Assembly: GCA_963810935.1 (NCBI GenBank)
Contig: CAWEPK010000010.1
Span: 64,001-128,000 of the forward strand
DNA from: an uncultured delta proteobacterium
GTDB lineage: Bacteria; Desulfobacterota; Syntrophorhabdia; Syntrophorhabdales; WCHB1-27
Direction of reading: 5' to 3'
DNA: 64,000 bases
In this document: piece by piece, positions 51,594 to 61,637 of the stretch
Position numbering within the stretch: the stretch's first letter is position 1
How the letters are laid out: each line of letters opens with the position of its first letter
Translations under genes and position numbers: made by a program
The notes under the pieces: generated by a model
Seen by the model: the letters and a program-made list of their open reading frames with translations, nothing else
Database searches by the model: none
What the model was told of the DNA's origin: nothing

Positions 51594-52736
51594 TTATTCT
51601 GTGGGCCGCTGTATTCGACCCTTCTCCTCAAAGAAGTCGATCGATTGCTTTCCATATCCCATCCACTCGTCCATCCCCACCATAAGCCGCGTAAGGATGT
51701 TCCTCTCGGCCATCATCCGGACGCCGCGATGAAACCATGTTTTCGGCTTATTCCAAGGGCAAACGCGGATGCAGACAGAACAGTGAGAGCCGTTCTTGAC
51801 CCACCAGTCGAGGCATTTCATGGCGTGAACGGGCCATTTCAGCATACCCCGGCTGTTCGATTCGTCCCATGGTTTCTCGGTACGTTCGCCCGACTTGATC
51901 GCGCCGCTCGGGCAATGCTGAGAACATCTCTCGCACTTTTCACAGAAGGCCTGGACGCCGATGTCTATCGGCCTGTCGATTTCGAGTGGGAGGTTGGTAA
52001 AGACCTTACCTATCCGGCACCGCGGTCCGAACTCGCGGGTCATCAGAAGGCCCATGCGCCCCATCTCTCCGAGCCCAGCGTCTACCGCGAAGGCCACGTC
52101 TATGCCCAGCTCGTTCACGGACGGGATTGCCCGGTAGCCGATCTCCGTAATATACGTGGCAAGGGAACAGGCGGTAAAACCTGTCGTGGCGTAGACAAGG
52201 TCGGTATCGGCCTCAATGGCGGGCGAGCGTTTTACCATCTCGTAGCCCATACCCCTGACCAGCACTATCACGTACTGAAAATCTTCCGGGATATCGATCG
52301 GATCGCCCGCTTGGGCAGCCCCTGTGTAGTGGGCATTTTGGTCCCCCCAGCGGCTGTATATCCACGACCGGTTCAACCTGGCGATGCCGACAAGATCGGC
52401 GCCCAGCCACCGCGCGACCCGCTTTATGATTGCGGTCAGCTCCGCCGGCGACGAGCCTTGCGGTTTAAATTCGCGGTTGAACTGTACGCCCGTCTCTCTC
52501 CCATATTGGTTCCGGCGCATGACGTAATCTACCGTCCGTCCGGCCACCCAGAGACCATGGTCGAACACCGTCTTCCCCCGGATACCTTTCCTGATATTCT
52601 CGACGCTCTTCTCGTGCATCCTGTCGTATTTTGCGCCTTCGATCCTGCCGCGGCTGAATGCGGTGAGCCGGTCGTCGAATCTTTCGATTGACCCGGTGAC
52701 ATGTCTGGCGTAAGTCGGCTCGTCAACTCTCTTCAT
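51594..52736 (-). CDS. Reductive dehalogenase homologue (RdhA-like, no Tat signal)
   Basis: GADLVGIA, AGLGEMGRMGLLMTREFGPRCRIGKVFTNLPL, FCEKCERCSQHCPSGAI, C...CSVCIRVCPWNK (two 4Fe-4S clusters). Confidence 0.8.
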   Translation of the reverse strand: MKRVDEPTYARHVTGSIERFDDRLTAFSRGRIEGAKYDRMHEKSVENIRKGIRGKTVFDHGLWVAGRTVDYVMRRNQYGRETGVQFNREFKPQGSSPAELTAIIKRVARWLGADLVGIARLNRSWIYSRWGDQNAHYTGAAQAGDPIDIPEDFQYVIVLVRGMGYEMVKRSPAIEADTDLVYATTGFTACSLATYITEIGYRAIPSVNELGIDVAFAVDAGLGEMGRMGLLMTREFGPRCRIGKVFTNLPLEIDRPIDIGVQAFCEKCERCSQHCPSGAIKSGERTEKPWDESNSRGMLKWPVHAMKCLDWWVKNGSHCSVCIRVCPWNKPKTWFHRGVRMMAERNILTRLMVGMDEWMGYGKQSIDFFEEKGRIQRPTE

Positions 52737-52753
52737 ATCCTCTGAACTCCCTT

Positions 52754-53458
52754 CTAGATGCCCAAATAGGCCCTTTTAAGATGCTCGTCCTTGAGAAGCT
52801 CGGGACCCGGACCCGACAATACGATCCTGCCGTTCTCGATCACATACGCACGGTGCGCCATGTTGAGGGCGCTGAATACGTTCTGCTCCGCAAGGAGCAC
52901 GGCCACCCCTTCATCGTTAATCTTCCGGAGGATCTGGAAGCTTCTTTCTACGAGCATCGGAGCAAGCCCGAGGGAGGGCTCGTCCACCGTAAGGAGTGCC
53001 GGTCCTGCCATAAGGCCCCTGCCTATGGCAAGCATCTGCTGTTCCCCACCGCTTAAGGATCCGGCGAGCTGGTTGCGGTGATCGTAAAGCTCCGGAAAGA
53101 GGTCGTAGATGTCGTTTATGGACTTTCTGAGGTCGATCTTCGACCTGCGGACATAGGCCCCGACCTCGAGGTTTTCTTCCACGGTGAGAAGCGGGAAGAT
53201 TCGCCGCCCCTCGGGGATGTGGACGATCCCGCTCGCGACGACATCGTAGGGCGGCTTCCCTATGAGTTGCTTCCCGCGAAACTCTATCGACCCCGAAGTC
53301 TTTTTCAAAAGCCCGGAAATCGCCCGCAGCAGGGTACTCTTCCCAGCGGCGTTTGCCCCGACGACAGATACGAACTCGCCCTCCTCCATATGCAGGTCTA
53401 TGTCGAAGAGCACGTGCACGTCACCGTAAAAGACGTTCAATCCCCTAGCCTTGAGCAA
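52754..53458 (-). CDS. Branched-chain amino acid-type ABC transporter ATPase (LivF-like)
   Basis: GANAAGKST, PEGRRIF, LSGGEQQMLAIGR, DEPSLGLAP. Confidence 0.92.
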   Translation of the reverse strand: MLKARGLNVFYGDVHVLFDIDLHMEEGEFVSVVGANAAGKSTLLRAISGLLKKTSGSIEFRGKQLIGKPPYDVVASGIVHIPEGRRIFPLLTVEENLEVGAYVRRSKIDLRKSINDIYDLFPELYDHRNQLAGSLSGGEQQMLAIGRGLMAGPALLTVDEPSLGLAPMLVERSFQILRKINDEGVAVLLAEQNVFSALNMAHRAYVIENGRIVLSGPGPELLKDEHLKRAYLGI

Positions 53459-54185
53459 TCAGGTACTCCTCTCCGAGGTAAGCCTTGATGACCTCTTTGT
53501 TCGCCGCAACCTCCGCAGGCTCTCCCTCGGCGATCATGACTCCGTTATTGAGCACTATCACCCTGTGGGATAGCCTCATAATGACCGCCATTATGTGTTC
53601 TATCACGAGGAGAGCTATGCCTGATTCCACAAGGTGTTTCACTATCCGGATCATCTCCTGGAGCTCCACCGGGTTGAGTCCGGCCATTACCTCATCCAAA
53701 AGGAAAAGCTTTGGCGAAGTCGCCAGACCACGGGCGATCTCCAGCCGCTTGCGGTCTGCGATCGTCAGATTCCTCCCGAGGAGATTCCTGCGCTCGTAAA
53801 GGCCGACGAAATCAAGCACCTCGTCGGCCCTCCTCTCTGCCCTTTTGAGGGTTTTTTCTCTGGCAAGGGCCCCGATCATTACGTTCTTGAGGACTGAGAT
53901 GTTGCTGAAGGGCTTGGTGACCTGAAAGGTACGGCAGAGGCCGAGACTGCAGACCGCCTCCGGGGTAAGTCTTGTAATATCGGCATCGTTAAACCGCATA
54001 AAGCCTGTCTGTGTCCTGTAGAACCCGGAAACAACGTTAAAAAGCGTCGTCTTTCCTGCCCCGTTGGGCCCGATAAGACCCACCACTTCGCCCGGGCGCA
54101 CCTTAAAGCTGACGTTTCTGAGGACTGCATTGCCCCCGAACCACTTACTGATATCGCTTACTTCGAGCATCCTGTCTTTTCCCAC
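53445..54185 (-). CDS. Branched-chain amino acid-type ABC transporter ATPase (LivG-like)
   Basis: GPNGAGKTT, RTFQ, LLDEVMAGL, IEH, AYLG. Confidence 0.92.
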   Translation of the reverse strand: MGKDRMLEVSDISKWFGGNAVLRNVSFKVRPGEVVGLIGPNGAGKTTLFNVVSGFYRTQTGFMRFNDADITRLTPEAVCSLGLCRTFQVTKPFSNISVLKNVMIGALAREKTLKRAERRADEVLDFVGLYERRNLLGRNLTIADRKRLEIARGLATSPKLFLLDEVMAGLNPVELQEMIRIVKHLVESGIALLVIEHIMAVIMRLSHRVIVLNNGVMIAEGEPAEVAANKEVIKAYLGEEYLIAQG

Positions 54186-55171
54186 GTCTTCTTTAGCAAC
54201 GTTATTCTCTCCCTGAGTTTGGCAAAAATTCCCTGAGGCATGAAAAGGAGAACGAGCACCAATATAACCCCGTAGACGATCATGTGCAGGCCCGGCAGAG
54301 CAGTACCCATTTTGGCCCGGAGCAACATGGTCATAGGTACGAAAATGGCGGCGCCGATAGCCGGCCCCAAGGCCGTGCCTATGCCTCCGACGATGGCAAA
54401 AAGGGCCACCTGAACTGCAATCTGTATGCGTATAACACTCGTGGGGTCTATGAAAACCGCATACTGGGCATAGAACGAACCCATAAGCGCGGCAAGAAAG
54501 GCACTAAGAACCATGGCGGCCAGCCTCACCCTGCCCGTCTTCACGCCGAGGGAGCGGGCCGCGTCCTCGTTTTCGCGAAAGGCCATCAGGAAATAGCCGA
54601 GCCTGGAATGCTCTATCGCGTAAGAGACACCTATCACCAGTAAAAAGAAAAAAAGGCCGATGTAAACATAGGGAAGCTTGCCCGCAAAAGAGAACAGGCG
54701 AAAGCTTGACTGTATGGGGAGGGCAAGGCCTTCAGATCCGCCGGTTAGGGAGCGCAGGTTTACGGCAACGATGTAAGCGACTTCGCCGAAGGCCAGAGTC
54801 GCCAGCGCGAAATAATGGCTCCTTAGACGGAAGCACACAAGACCCAGGACAAGCCCGATGGCCGACGCAAAGAACCCGCCGACAATCATTCCTATCCATG
54901 GGGTTAAACCGAAATGGAGGAGCAAAAGGGTCGACGTGTAAGCTCCGATCCCGAAGAAAGCATTGTGTCCCAAAGACATCATGCCCGCATAGCCGGCCAG
55001 GATATTCCAGGCCCCGGCGAAGGCGCCCCACAGGAAAATCAGGATCAGGCCGTCGAGATAGAAGTCGTTCTTGATCACGAGAGGAAGGAGGCACAAGGCG
55101 GCTATGGCCGTGCCCGCTGCGGCGATCTTCGGCAGCCTGCGCCCTCTGATTCGGTTAATCAATGCTTTCAA
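54158..55171 (-). CDS. ABC transporter permease (LivM-like)
   Basis: WNILAGYAG-SLGH-AFFGIGAY, YFALATLAF, TGGSEG, RENEDAA. Confidence 0.9.
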   Translation of the reverse strand: MKALINRIRGRRLPKIAAAGTAIAALCLLPLVIKNDFYLDGLILIFLWGAFAGAWNILAGYAGMMSLGHNAFFGIGAYTSTLLLLHFGLTPWIGMIVGGFFASAIGLVLGLVCFRLRSHYFALATLAFGEVAYIVAVNLRSLTGGSEGLALPIQSSFRLFSFAGKLPYVYIGLFFFLLVIGVSYAIEHSRLGYFLMAFRENEDAARSLGVKTGRVRLAAMVLSAFLAALMGSFYAQYAVFIDPTSVIRIQIAVQVALFAIVGGIGTALGPAIGAAIFVPMTMLLRAKMGTALPGLHMIVYGVILVLVLLFMPQGIFAKLRERITLLKKTWEKTGCSK

Positions 55172-56081
55172 TACGCTCCAATTCCTCCTCTTCTTTGAGG
55201 CCGAAAAGACCCGAAGGCCGTATGACCAACACCGCGATGAAGACGAGAAAATAGATTGCCTGCTTGTTTTCCTGTCCTATCCAGTAGCTGGAGAAAACTT
55301 CAACTACGCCGATGATAAATCCTGAGATCATCGCCCCTACCACGCTTCCCATACCCCCCAGCACTACGACGACGAACATGATCAGGACCAAGTCGAACCC
55401 CACGAAGGGGTGGACTGTGTAGACCGGGAGGACAAGGCCTCCCGCCAGGCCTACGAGCACAATGCCGATGGCGAAGGTGAGCCGGTATATCCTGTCTATG
55501 TTGATGCCCATGAGAAGGGCTGCCGAACGGTCCTGGGAGGTGGCCCTTATAATCTTGCCCGTATACGAGAGCTTCAGGAACAGATAAAAGGCAAAGGTGA
55601 GTAAGATAGCCAGGGCGAAAGCTATGAGGCGCGCGGGATTGATCATGATCTCGCCTATGCCGAGGGCCTGCAACGGACCTATCACGAAGGCGTCGGTCGC
55701 GTAGCTCAGGGAAATACTCCTAAAATCGGCCGACCAGAGCAGAAGCGCCGTATTCTGAATGATAGTGGAGAGACCGACGGTTATGAAGATCTGGGCTAGA
55801 ACTGAAGACCCGATGGTTGGTCGTATAAAGAGATAGTAAGTGACGATCCCGAGCAGGAAGACCACGGGTACGCAGATGAGGGTTCCGAGGTAAGGGTCGA
55901 TGTGGAAGTAATGGAAAAGCCAGTAGGTTAGGTACATTGCGATCATGAAGAACTCGCCGTGAGCGAAATTGACAATCTTCATGACGCCGAACACCAGGGT
56001 CAGGCCGATGCTTGCCAGGGCATATATGCCGCCCAGGAGGACCCCCGAGATCAATAATTGAATAAAAAACGTTAAATCCAA
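55155..56081 (-). CDS. ABC transporter permease (LivH-like)
   Basis: GGIYAL-SIGLTLVFGVMKIVNFAHG, VVLGGMGS, RPSGLFG. Confidence 0.92.
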   Translation of the reverse strand: MDLTFFIQLLISGVLLGGIYALASIGLTLVFGVMKIVNFAHGEFFMIAMYLTYWLFHYFHIDPYLGTLICVPVVFLLGIVTYYLFIRPTIGSSVLAQIFITVGLSTIIQNTALLLWSADFRSISLSYATDAFVIGPLQALGIGEIMINPARLIAFALAILLTFAFYLFLKLSYTGKIIRATSQDRSAALLMGINIDRIYRLTFAIGIVLVGLAGGLVLPVYTVHPFVGFDLVLIMFVVVVLGGMGSVVGAMISGFIIGVVEVFSSYWIGQENKQAIYFLVFIAVLVIRPSGLFGLKEEEELERIESID

Positions 56082-56085
56082 GCTA

Positions 56086-57330
56086 TTATTTCACGTACTT
56101 CAGCGATGACGACGCGACCTCTGTCGGATAGATCAGCTTGAGGCTTCCGTCTTGCCATTGGTTGATCCCGGCCGACGCGTAAACGTTCTGCCCCGCATTG
56201 CTCTCTCCCGGTTTTGCGAACTTTATACCCCAGTTGAGCACGCCCTTGCCACGGGGCACGTCGAGCGCGAGCGCTGCCTGGCGCAATTTCTCGGGATCGA
56301 GGCTGCCGGCCTTCGTGAGTATGTGCTTGTAGAAGATCCACGCGCCGGCAAATCCGACGAAAGACGTAGGGTTCGGATACTCCCCGTTGTGGGCGGCCTT
56401 GTAGCGCCTCACGAATTCATAGGCGTCTTTCTTTTGCTGCGCCGTCAGGCCCTCAACCGAAATTTCGGAAGGAATTCCGCCTGCCATAACGCCGTTGGCG
56501 TCCTTTCCAAGGGCCTGGAGAAAATCGGGGTTGCCCTGACCGGCCGTAGTTCCGATGACTATGGGATGAAATTTCATCTCTCTGCATTGGCGGTGAAACA
56601 GGATGGAATCGTTGATGTACTGGGCGGCAAGGACGATATCAGGCTTCGCCTGTCTAAGCTTCATAACCATCCCCGACAGATCGACCGATTTCGCGCTGTA
56701 GACCTCCATTACAACGACATGCAGGCCGAGTGCTTTCGCCCTGTCCGTCAATCCCTTTCCTGTGGAGGTACCGAACCCGCCGTCCTCCTGTATAATGGCC
56801 AGACGGAGGTCTTTCGCTTTCCTTCCTATTTTGGGTGCTATGACCTCTGCCGCGTAATCGACCATCTGGTACGCCATCATGTCGCTGTCGAAGGTCGTAC
56901 GGAAGGTATATTTAAATCCCCGCCCGGTGATACCGCTCGATATGCCTTCGTTTTCCAGGTAGAACACCTTTGCCTTTTCTGCAACGACCGTTGCGGCCAT
57001 GGAAAGGCTGCTAGCCTGCGTCCCGATAATTGCGGTAATCTTTTCGTTCGTGATGAGTCTGTTCGCCTCGCTCGCCGCCGCCTGGGGATCAGGCGCGTCC
57101 GCGCTGACGAGAACGACCTTCCTGCCGAGAACCCCGCCCTCGTCATTGATCATTTCGGTAGCGATCTTCACCCCGTCGAAGTTCTTTATGCCGTTCTTGG
57201 CGAGAGAGCCCGTCAGAGGCAGTATCGTGCCGATGCGCCATGCGTTGGCCTGTCCGTGGGCGGGTCCGCAAGTCAGGAACAGGCCGGCCACAAAAAGGAC
57301 GACTGACGCAAAAACATAGCCTTTCTTCAT
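56086..57330 (-). CDS. ABC transporter substrate-binding protein (LivK-like)
   Basis: Signal peptide, IGTILPLTG, INDEGGVLGRK, RGFKYTFRT. Confidence 0.9.
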   Translation of the reverse strand: MKKGYVFASVVLFVAGLFLTCGPAHGQANAWRIGTILPLTGSLAKNGIKNFDGVKIATEMINDEGGVLGRKVVLVSADAPDPQAAASEANRLITNEKITAIIGTQASSLSMAATVVAEKAKVFYLENEGISSGITGRGFKYTFRTTFDSDMMAYQMVDYAAEVIAPKIGRKAKDLRLAIIQEDGGFGTSTGKGLTDRAKALGLHVVVMEVYSAKSVDLSGMVMKLRQAKPDIVLAAQYINDSILFHRQCREMKFHPIVIGTTAGQGNPDFLQALGKDANGVMAGGIPSEISVEGLTAQQKKDAYEFVRRYKAAHNGEYPNPTSFVGFAGAWIFYKHILTKAGSLDPEKLRQAALALDVPRGKGVLNWGIKFAKPGESNAGQNVYASAGINQWQDGSLKLIYPTEVASSSLKYVK

Positions 57331-57656
57331 CTGGGTTCTCCTTCTGTTAAGTTGCACGCCTGGCAAATAAGCGTGATCGAATGGCTAATGGTATATGAAT
57401 TTTCACCCATGAAATCAATAGCAAAGAGTGGAACGACGGCCTCGGTCAGACAGCACCTCAGGGGGGGAACCTGACGCCGAATGTCGACGCGAAATAAGGA
57501 ACGCAACGGGTGATGGATGGTTTGACCCAATCGACGGTTTGCATGTGGTGGCATAAGAAAACGGGTCGTTGTAATCAATCAACGCAAAACTGTTCCAGCA
57601 CACAGTCGATGAAATGGCTGGGCGATCGTGAGGCGATCCATTGTCGTTTTAAGGAA

Positions 57657-57950
57657 TTACCTCACTATTCCGATTTCGTATCCCAGTTTTGCCTCTTGCT
57701 CCCTCAGTTTTGCTATCGCCGTTCGGAAGCGTATGTACCTTCTTCCTGCTTCTGCTATTAAAAGAGCCCCCAGAACAATGAAACAAGCGCCCGCGCAAAA
57801 ATAGAAGAGGCCGACCAGAAACTTCATGATCGCTATGCCGACTGAGCAGAAGGCGAGACCCGTCTGCATGTAAGAGTGCATGGTCCTCTCCCTTGACAGA
57901 AGGGTCTGTTCCTCAGAGAGGAGGATTGCTATGTCGTTGTTCTTATCCAT
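57657..57950 (-). CDS. DUF202/YidH-like small membrane protein
   Basis: TLLSRERT-SYMQTGLA followed by two transmembrane segments. Confidence 0.7.
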   Translation of the reverse strand: MDKNNDIAILLSEEQTLLSRERTMHSYMQTGLAFCSVGIAIMKFLVGLFYFCAGACFIVLGALLIAEAGRRYIRFRTAIAKLREQEAKLGYEIGIVR

Positions 57951-58181
57951 ATGAACCTCCGTTCAAGGAAGTCTACGAGATAAGGGTCTTTCTAGTCAAC
58001 AAAGGCATATCAGAGTCTAAGAAAAGCATTTACAGTCGGACAGGGTGAAAACCGTCCGGAACGGCCGGAGCAACCGACAGCAGGCTTTGTTACGTACACC
58101 TTCCTGAAAGCGCCGCTGCATCCACGCTTCTGCACCCGTGTACCTTTAACGCGGCAATCGCGGCCCCCGCTTGCCTGAAGC

Positions 58182-60239
58182 TCACCCCGCTTTCCTGATA
58201 CTGCACAGCAGCCCCTTCCACTGGGGATACCCCATGATAGGCTCCCTGGCCTGGCAATCGGTCAGGAGGTTGCAGTTGGCATCTTTCGGCCAGCCGTGGG
58301 GGACGAGGACAACGCCTTCCATGATCCTCTCGTCAACGTGCGCCTTCATCTTTACCTGTCCCCGGTCGGTCTCGACTATGACGTCGTCGCCGTGGGTTAT
58401 GCCGTACTTCGAGGCGGTATCCGGCCCTATCTCCGCTTTGGGGAAGGGGGACCATTTCTGGAGGGACTTGATGTTGTGGAGCATAGTGCCGTTGAAGAAG
58501 AAGTCGCGCGTGCCCGTTGAAAGGACTAGGGGGTATTTCTCCCCAAGCTCGGCCCAGCGCACCCCTTGCGGGCTTTTGTCAGGCTCCCGGTAAGTGGGCA
58601 TGGGGTCCCAGCCTGCCTGCTCGAATGCCTCGCTGTATATCTCTATCTTCCTGGTGGGCGTAGCGAAGGAGCGCGGGTCGAGTGCATAATCCTTCGGCTG
58701 GTAATGGATGCCTTCGGGTGCGTCGAGGAGGGTCTGGAAGTCTATGCCTGAAGATTCAAGCTCCAGGGCAACCACCTCTTCGTCCGATTTCCAGGGGAAC
58801 TTGTCGCCGAAGCCGCAGCGGTTCGCAAGCTCGGTATATACCTCCCGGATCGACTTGCACTCGTGGTACTGCGGAAGGAGGGGTTTCCTGAGCATGAGGT
58901 ACGGCAGGCAGTGGCAGACGTTGTAGTTGTAGGCAAGCCCCCAGAACTCGAACTGGTTCGACGCAGGCAGGACATAGTGGGCGAACTCGGCGGTCTCCGT
59001 CATGAACTGCTCGTAGACGACAACGAGGTCGAGCTTACTGAACGCATCGCGGAGCGCATTCGAATCGGGCATCGTGACAAGGGGGTTGCCCCCGGCTACG
59101 ATAAAGGCGCGTATCTTGTCGGGCACGCTCTCCGGCACCATGTTCATGACTGCATAAGGGCTCGTCCTTCCCCAGAGTGTATAGAAGAGGGGATACTCCT
59201 CGGCTCCCAGCGGCTTGCCGGGGAAAGGCAGGCTTACGTCGGTAAGGCGCAATCTCGGGCTGATGACCCACCCGCCGGGCACGTTGATGTTGCCTGTGAG
59301 TACCTGGAGGATGGCCATCGCCCGGTCCGTCTGGCTCCCGTTTGCGCACTGGTCCTGCGTGCAGGTGCCGTGGAAGATGGATGCCCCTTTGGTGGTGGCG
59401 AAGCGGCGGGCAAGGATGCGGATGTCGGAGGCCTTCACGGAGGTGATCTTTTCCGCCCACTCCGGCGTGTACTGCTGCACGTGGGGGACCAGCTTATCGA
59501 AGCCGTAGGTCCATTTCTCGACGAACTCCTTGTCGTAGAGGTTCTCGTTTATCATGACGTTCATCAGGGCAAGGGCGAGCGCCCCGTCCGTCCCCGGCCT
59601 TATGGCGAGGTACATCTCCGCGCGGTCGGCTATGGCGAGCCTCCTCGGGTCGATGACGATCACCCTCGCCCCCTTCTTGATATTCTCTTCCATAGCCAGG
59701 GCAAGGGGGAAGTCGGACGCGGAGGGGTTATGGCCCCAGAGTAGATAGAGGTTGGAGTCCATCTCTTCGACCGGGTATTTCCCGAAGGTGATCTGACGCG
59801 CCCTGATGCGCATACGGTAGCAGATGCTCTCGACCGAGAAGAAGTTGGGCGACCCGAGGGCTGCCTTGAACCTGTGGGTGAGTGAGATCATCTCCAGGTT
59901 CTCAACGCCGATGGAGCCGCAGAAGAACGCGACAACGGAGGGGCCGTACTTTTCTTTCAGCGCGTTCAGCTTTTCTGCGATCTCCGAGAACGCCTGCTCC
60001 CAGGAGATGCGTATCCAGTCGCTGCCCTCTTTCTTGAGCGGGTATTTGAGCCTGTCGGGGTGGTAGAGGTGCTCGATTGCGGCCTGTCCCTTCGCACAGA
60101 GCCTCCCCTTGTTGAGGGGGTGCGATTCCTGGCCGCGCACTGCTATGGCCTTCCCGTCCTTGACAGTGACTTCCATGCCGCAGCTATGGTAGCAGAGCGC
60201 GCATCCTGTGAAGCCCGTTATCGTGTCGCTATCGGTCAT
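58182..60239 (-). CDS. Molybdopterin (DMSO reductase family) oxidoreductase catalytic subunit, cytoplasmic
   Basis: CALCYHSCG...LCAKG 4Fe-4S site, HPDRLKYPL, IRPGTDGALAL, MTETAEFAHYVLP; no Tat motif. Confidence 0.88.
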   Translation of the reverse strand: MTDSDTITGFTGCALCYHSCGMEVTVKDGKAIAVRGQESHPLNKGRLCAKGQAAIEHLYHPDRLKYPLKKEGSDWIRISWEQAFSEIAEKLNALKEKYGPSVVAFFCGSIGVENLEMISLTHRFKAALGSPNFFSVESICYRMRIRARQITFGKYPVEEMDSNLYLLWGHNPSASDFPLALAMEENIKKGARVIVIDPRRLAIADRAEMYLAIRPGTDGALALALMNVMINENLYDKEFVEKWTYGFDKLVPHVQQYTPEWAEKITSVKASDIRILARRFATTKGASIFHGTCTQDQCANGSQTDRAMAILQVLTGNINVPGGWVISPRLRLTDVSLPFPGKPLGAEEYPLFYTLWGRTSPYAVMNMVPESVPDKIRAFIVAGGNPLVTMPDSNALRDAFSKLDLVVVYEQFMTETAEFAHYVLPASNQFEFWGLAYNYNVCHCLPYLMLRKPLLPQYHECKSIREVYTELANRCGFGDKFPWKSDEEVVALELESSGIDFQTLLDAPEGIHYQPKDYALDPRSFATPTRKIEIYSEAFEQAGWDPMPTYREPDKSPQGVRWAELGEKYPLVLSTGTRDFFFNGTMLHNIKSLQKWSPFPKAEIGPDTASKYGITHGDDVIVETDRGQVKMKAHVDERIMEGVVLVPHGWPKDANCNLLTDCQAREPIMGYPQWKGLLCSIRKAG

Positions 60240-60271
60240 GATGAAGCCTCCTGAACCGGGTTTGCGCGCTG

Positions 60272-61123
60272 CTACTTATAGTCGTAGAACCCTTTGCCGA
60301 CCTTCCGCCCGAGCCAGCCGGCCGTCACCATCTTTCTCAGGAGGACAGGCGGGGCGTACTTGGCCTCTTTCGTCTCCTCGAAGAGGCTTTCCGCTATGGA
60401 AAGCTCCGTGTCGAGGCCTATAAAGTCTATGACTTCGAGGGGCCCCATCGGATGGTTTACGGCAAGCTTCATCGATATGTCGATTTCGTCTCTTGTCGCG
60501 ATGCCTGCCTCCAGCATCCTTATGGCGCCCAGCAGAAATGGCGTAAAGAGCCGGGTAACGATAAATCCGCCCACATCAGGGGCCACGACCATGGTCTTTC
60601 CTATGGTGGCCGCCCATTTCCGGACCGCTTCTATGGTCTCTTGGCCCGTCATGATCGTTTTCACTACTTCGAGAAGCTGCATGACGGGGGCGGGGTTGTG
60701 GAAATGCATGCCGATTACCTTGTCCGCCCTTTTCGTTGCGACGGCCATGTCGGTTATGGAGAGGCCGGAGGTGTTGGAGCCGAATATCGTCTCCGGCTTG
60801 CAGACGGCGTCCAGCGCAACAAAGGTCTTCTTTTTCAGCTCCAGGTCTTCCGGAATCGCTTCCTCGATGAGGTCGCAGTCTTTCAGGTCCTCTATCCGGG
60901 TGCTAGTCCTGATTTTTGCCATCATCCCGTTTTTGTCCGCCTCGGACAGTTTGCCCTTCTCAACGCGTCCCATAAGACGCTTGTCGATGCCCTTCAGGCC
61001 TTTCGCGAGCATCGCCCCGCTGGAATCGACGGCCACGACATCATAACCCGCCTGGGCAAAGACCTGGCCGATTCCCGCGCCCATCTGACCGAACCCGATG
61101 ATCCCCAGCTTTTTGATGTCCAT
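60272..61123 (-). CDS. hbd: 3-hydroxybutyryl-CoA/3-hydroxyacyl-CoA dehydrogenase
   Basis: GFGQMGAGI, EAIPE, SNTS, GMHFHNP, HPMGPL, GRKVGKGFYDY. Confidence 0.85.
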   Translation of the reverse strand: MDIKKLGIIGFGQMGAGIGQVFAQAGYDVVAVDSSGAMLAKGLKGIDKRLMGRVEKGKLSEADKNGMMAKIRTSTRIEDLKDCDLIEEAIPEDLELKKKTFVALDAVCKPETIFGSNTSGLSITDMAVATKRADKVIGMHFHNPAPVMQLLEVVKTIMTGQETIEAVRKWAATIGKTMVVAPDVGGFIVTRLFTPFLLGAIRMLEAGIATRDEIDISMKLAVNHPMGPLEVIDFIGLDTELSIAESLFEETKEAKYAPPVLLRKMVTAGWLGRKVGKGFYDYK

Positions 61124-61185
61124 AAGTCCTCCTTGTGGTAGGGCTAGACCAAAACCGGCCGGCGAAATATTCTCTTTTGACCAGT

Positions 61186-61588
61186 CTAGTCCAGCACCGC
61201 AAGAAACTCTATTTCAATCAGCCAGTCCGGACGCAAGAGGCTGTGAACGACTACACCCGTTGCCGCCGGATAATTCCCCTCTTTGAAATATTGCCGCCTT
61301 ATCTCGCCCGTTTTGGCGTACTCGGCAACCGCCTGAGGGCGTGATGTAATCCGTGGTTTTGATCACGTCATCCATACTCGCGCCCATCTTTTCCAACAGG
61401 TTTTTCACGCTCTCGTAGATATAGCGCATCTGCGCTTCAAGGTCTCCTTTGTGAAGGGTACGGTGATTTTCGTCGGTCGCCACGGTTCCCGATATTGCGA
61501 TGACCCTGCCTTTTTTTACTCCGTCGCTCCATGTGAAGCTCTTGCGCTTGTACATTTCATCAAAAACATTGTAACACGCCTTAGCCAT
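61186..61588 (-). CDS. RidA/YjgF-family protein (frameshift near 61338)
   Basis: ISGTVA, GDLEAQ, DDVIKTT; removing one C restores the C-terminus RRQYFKEGNYPAATGVVVHSLLRPDWLIEIEFLAVLD. Confidence 0.85.
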
Positions 61589-61637
61589 CGCCGTTCCTCC
61601 TGATATTCGGGTTTATGCCTTCATCGTCAAATGGGGG

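Noticed and set aside
57380..57600. Cobalamin riboswitch upstream of the ABC-RdhA operon
   Set aside because: A small hairpin is present, but no B12-box or GGGAA/GCCACTG elements were found.
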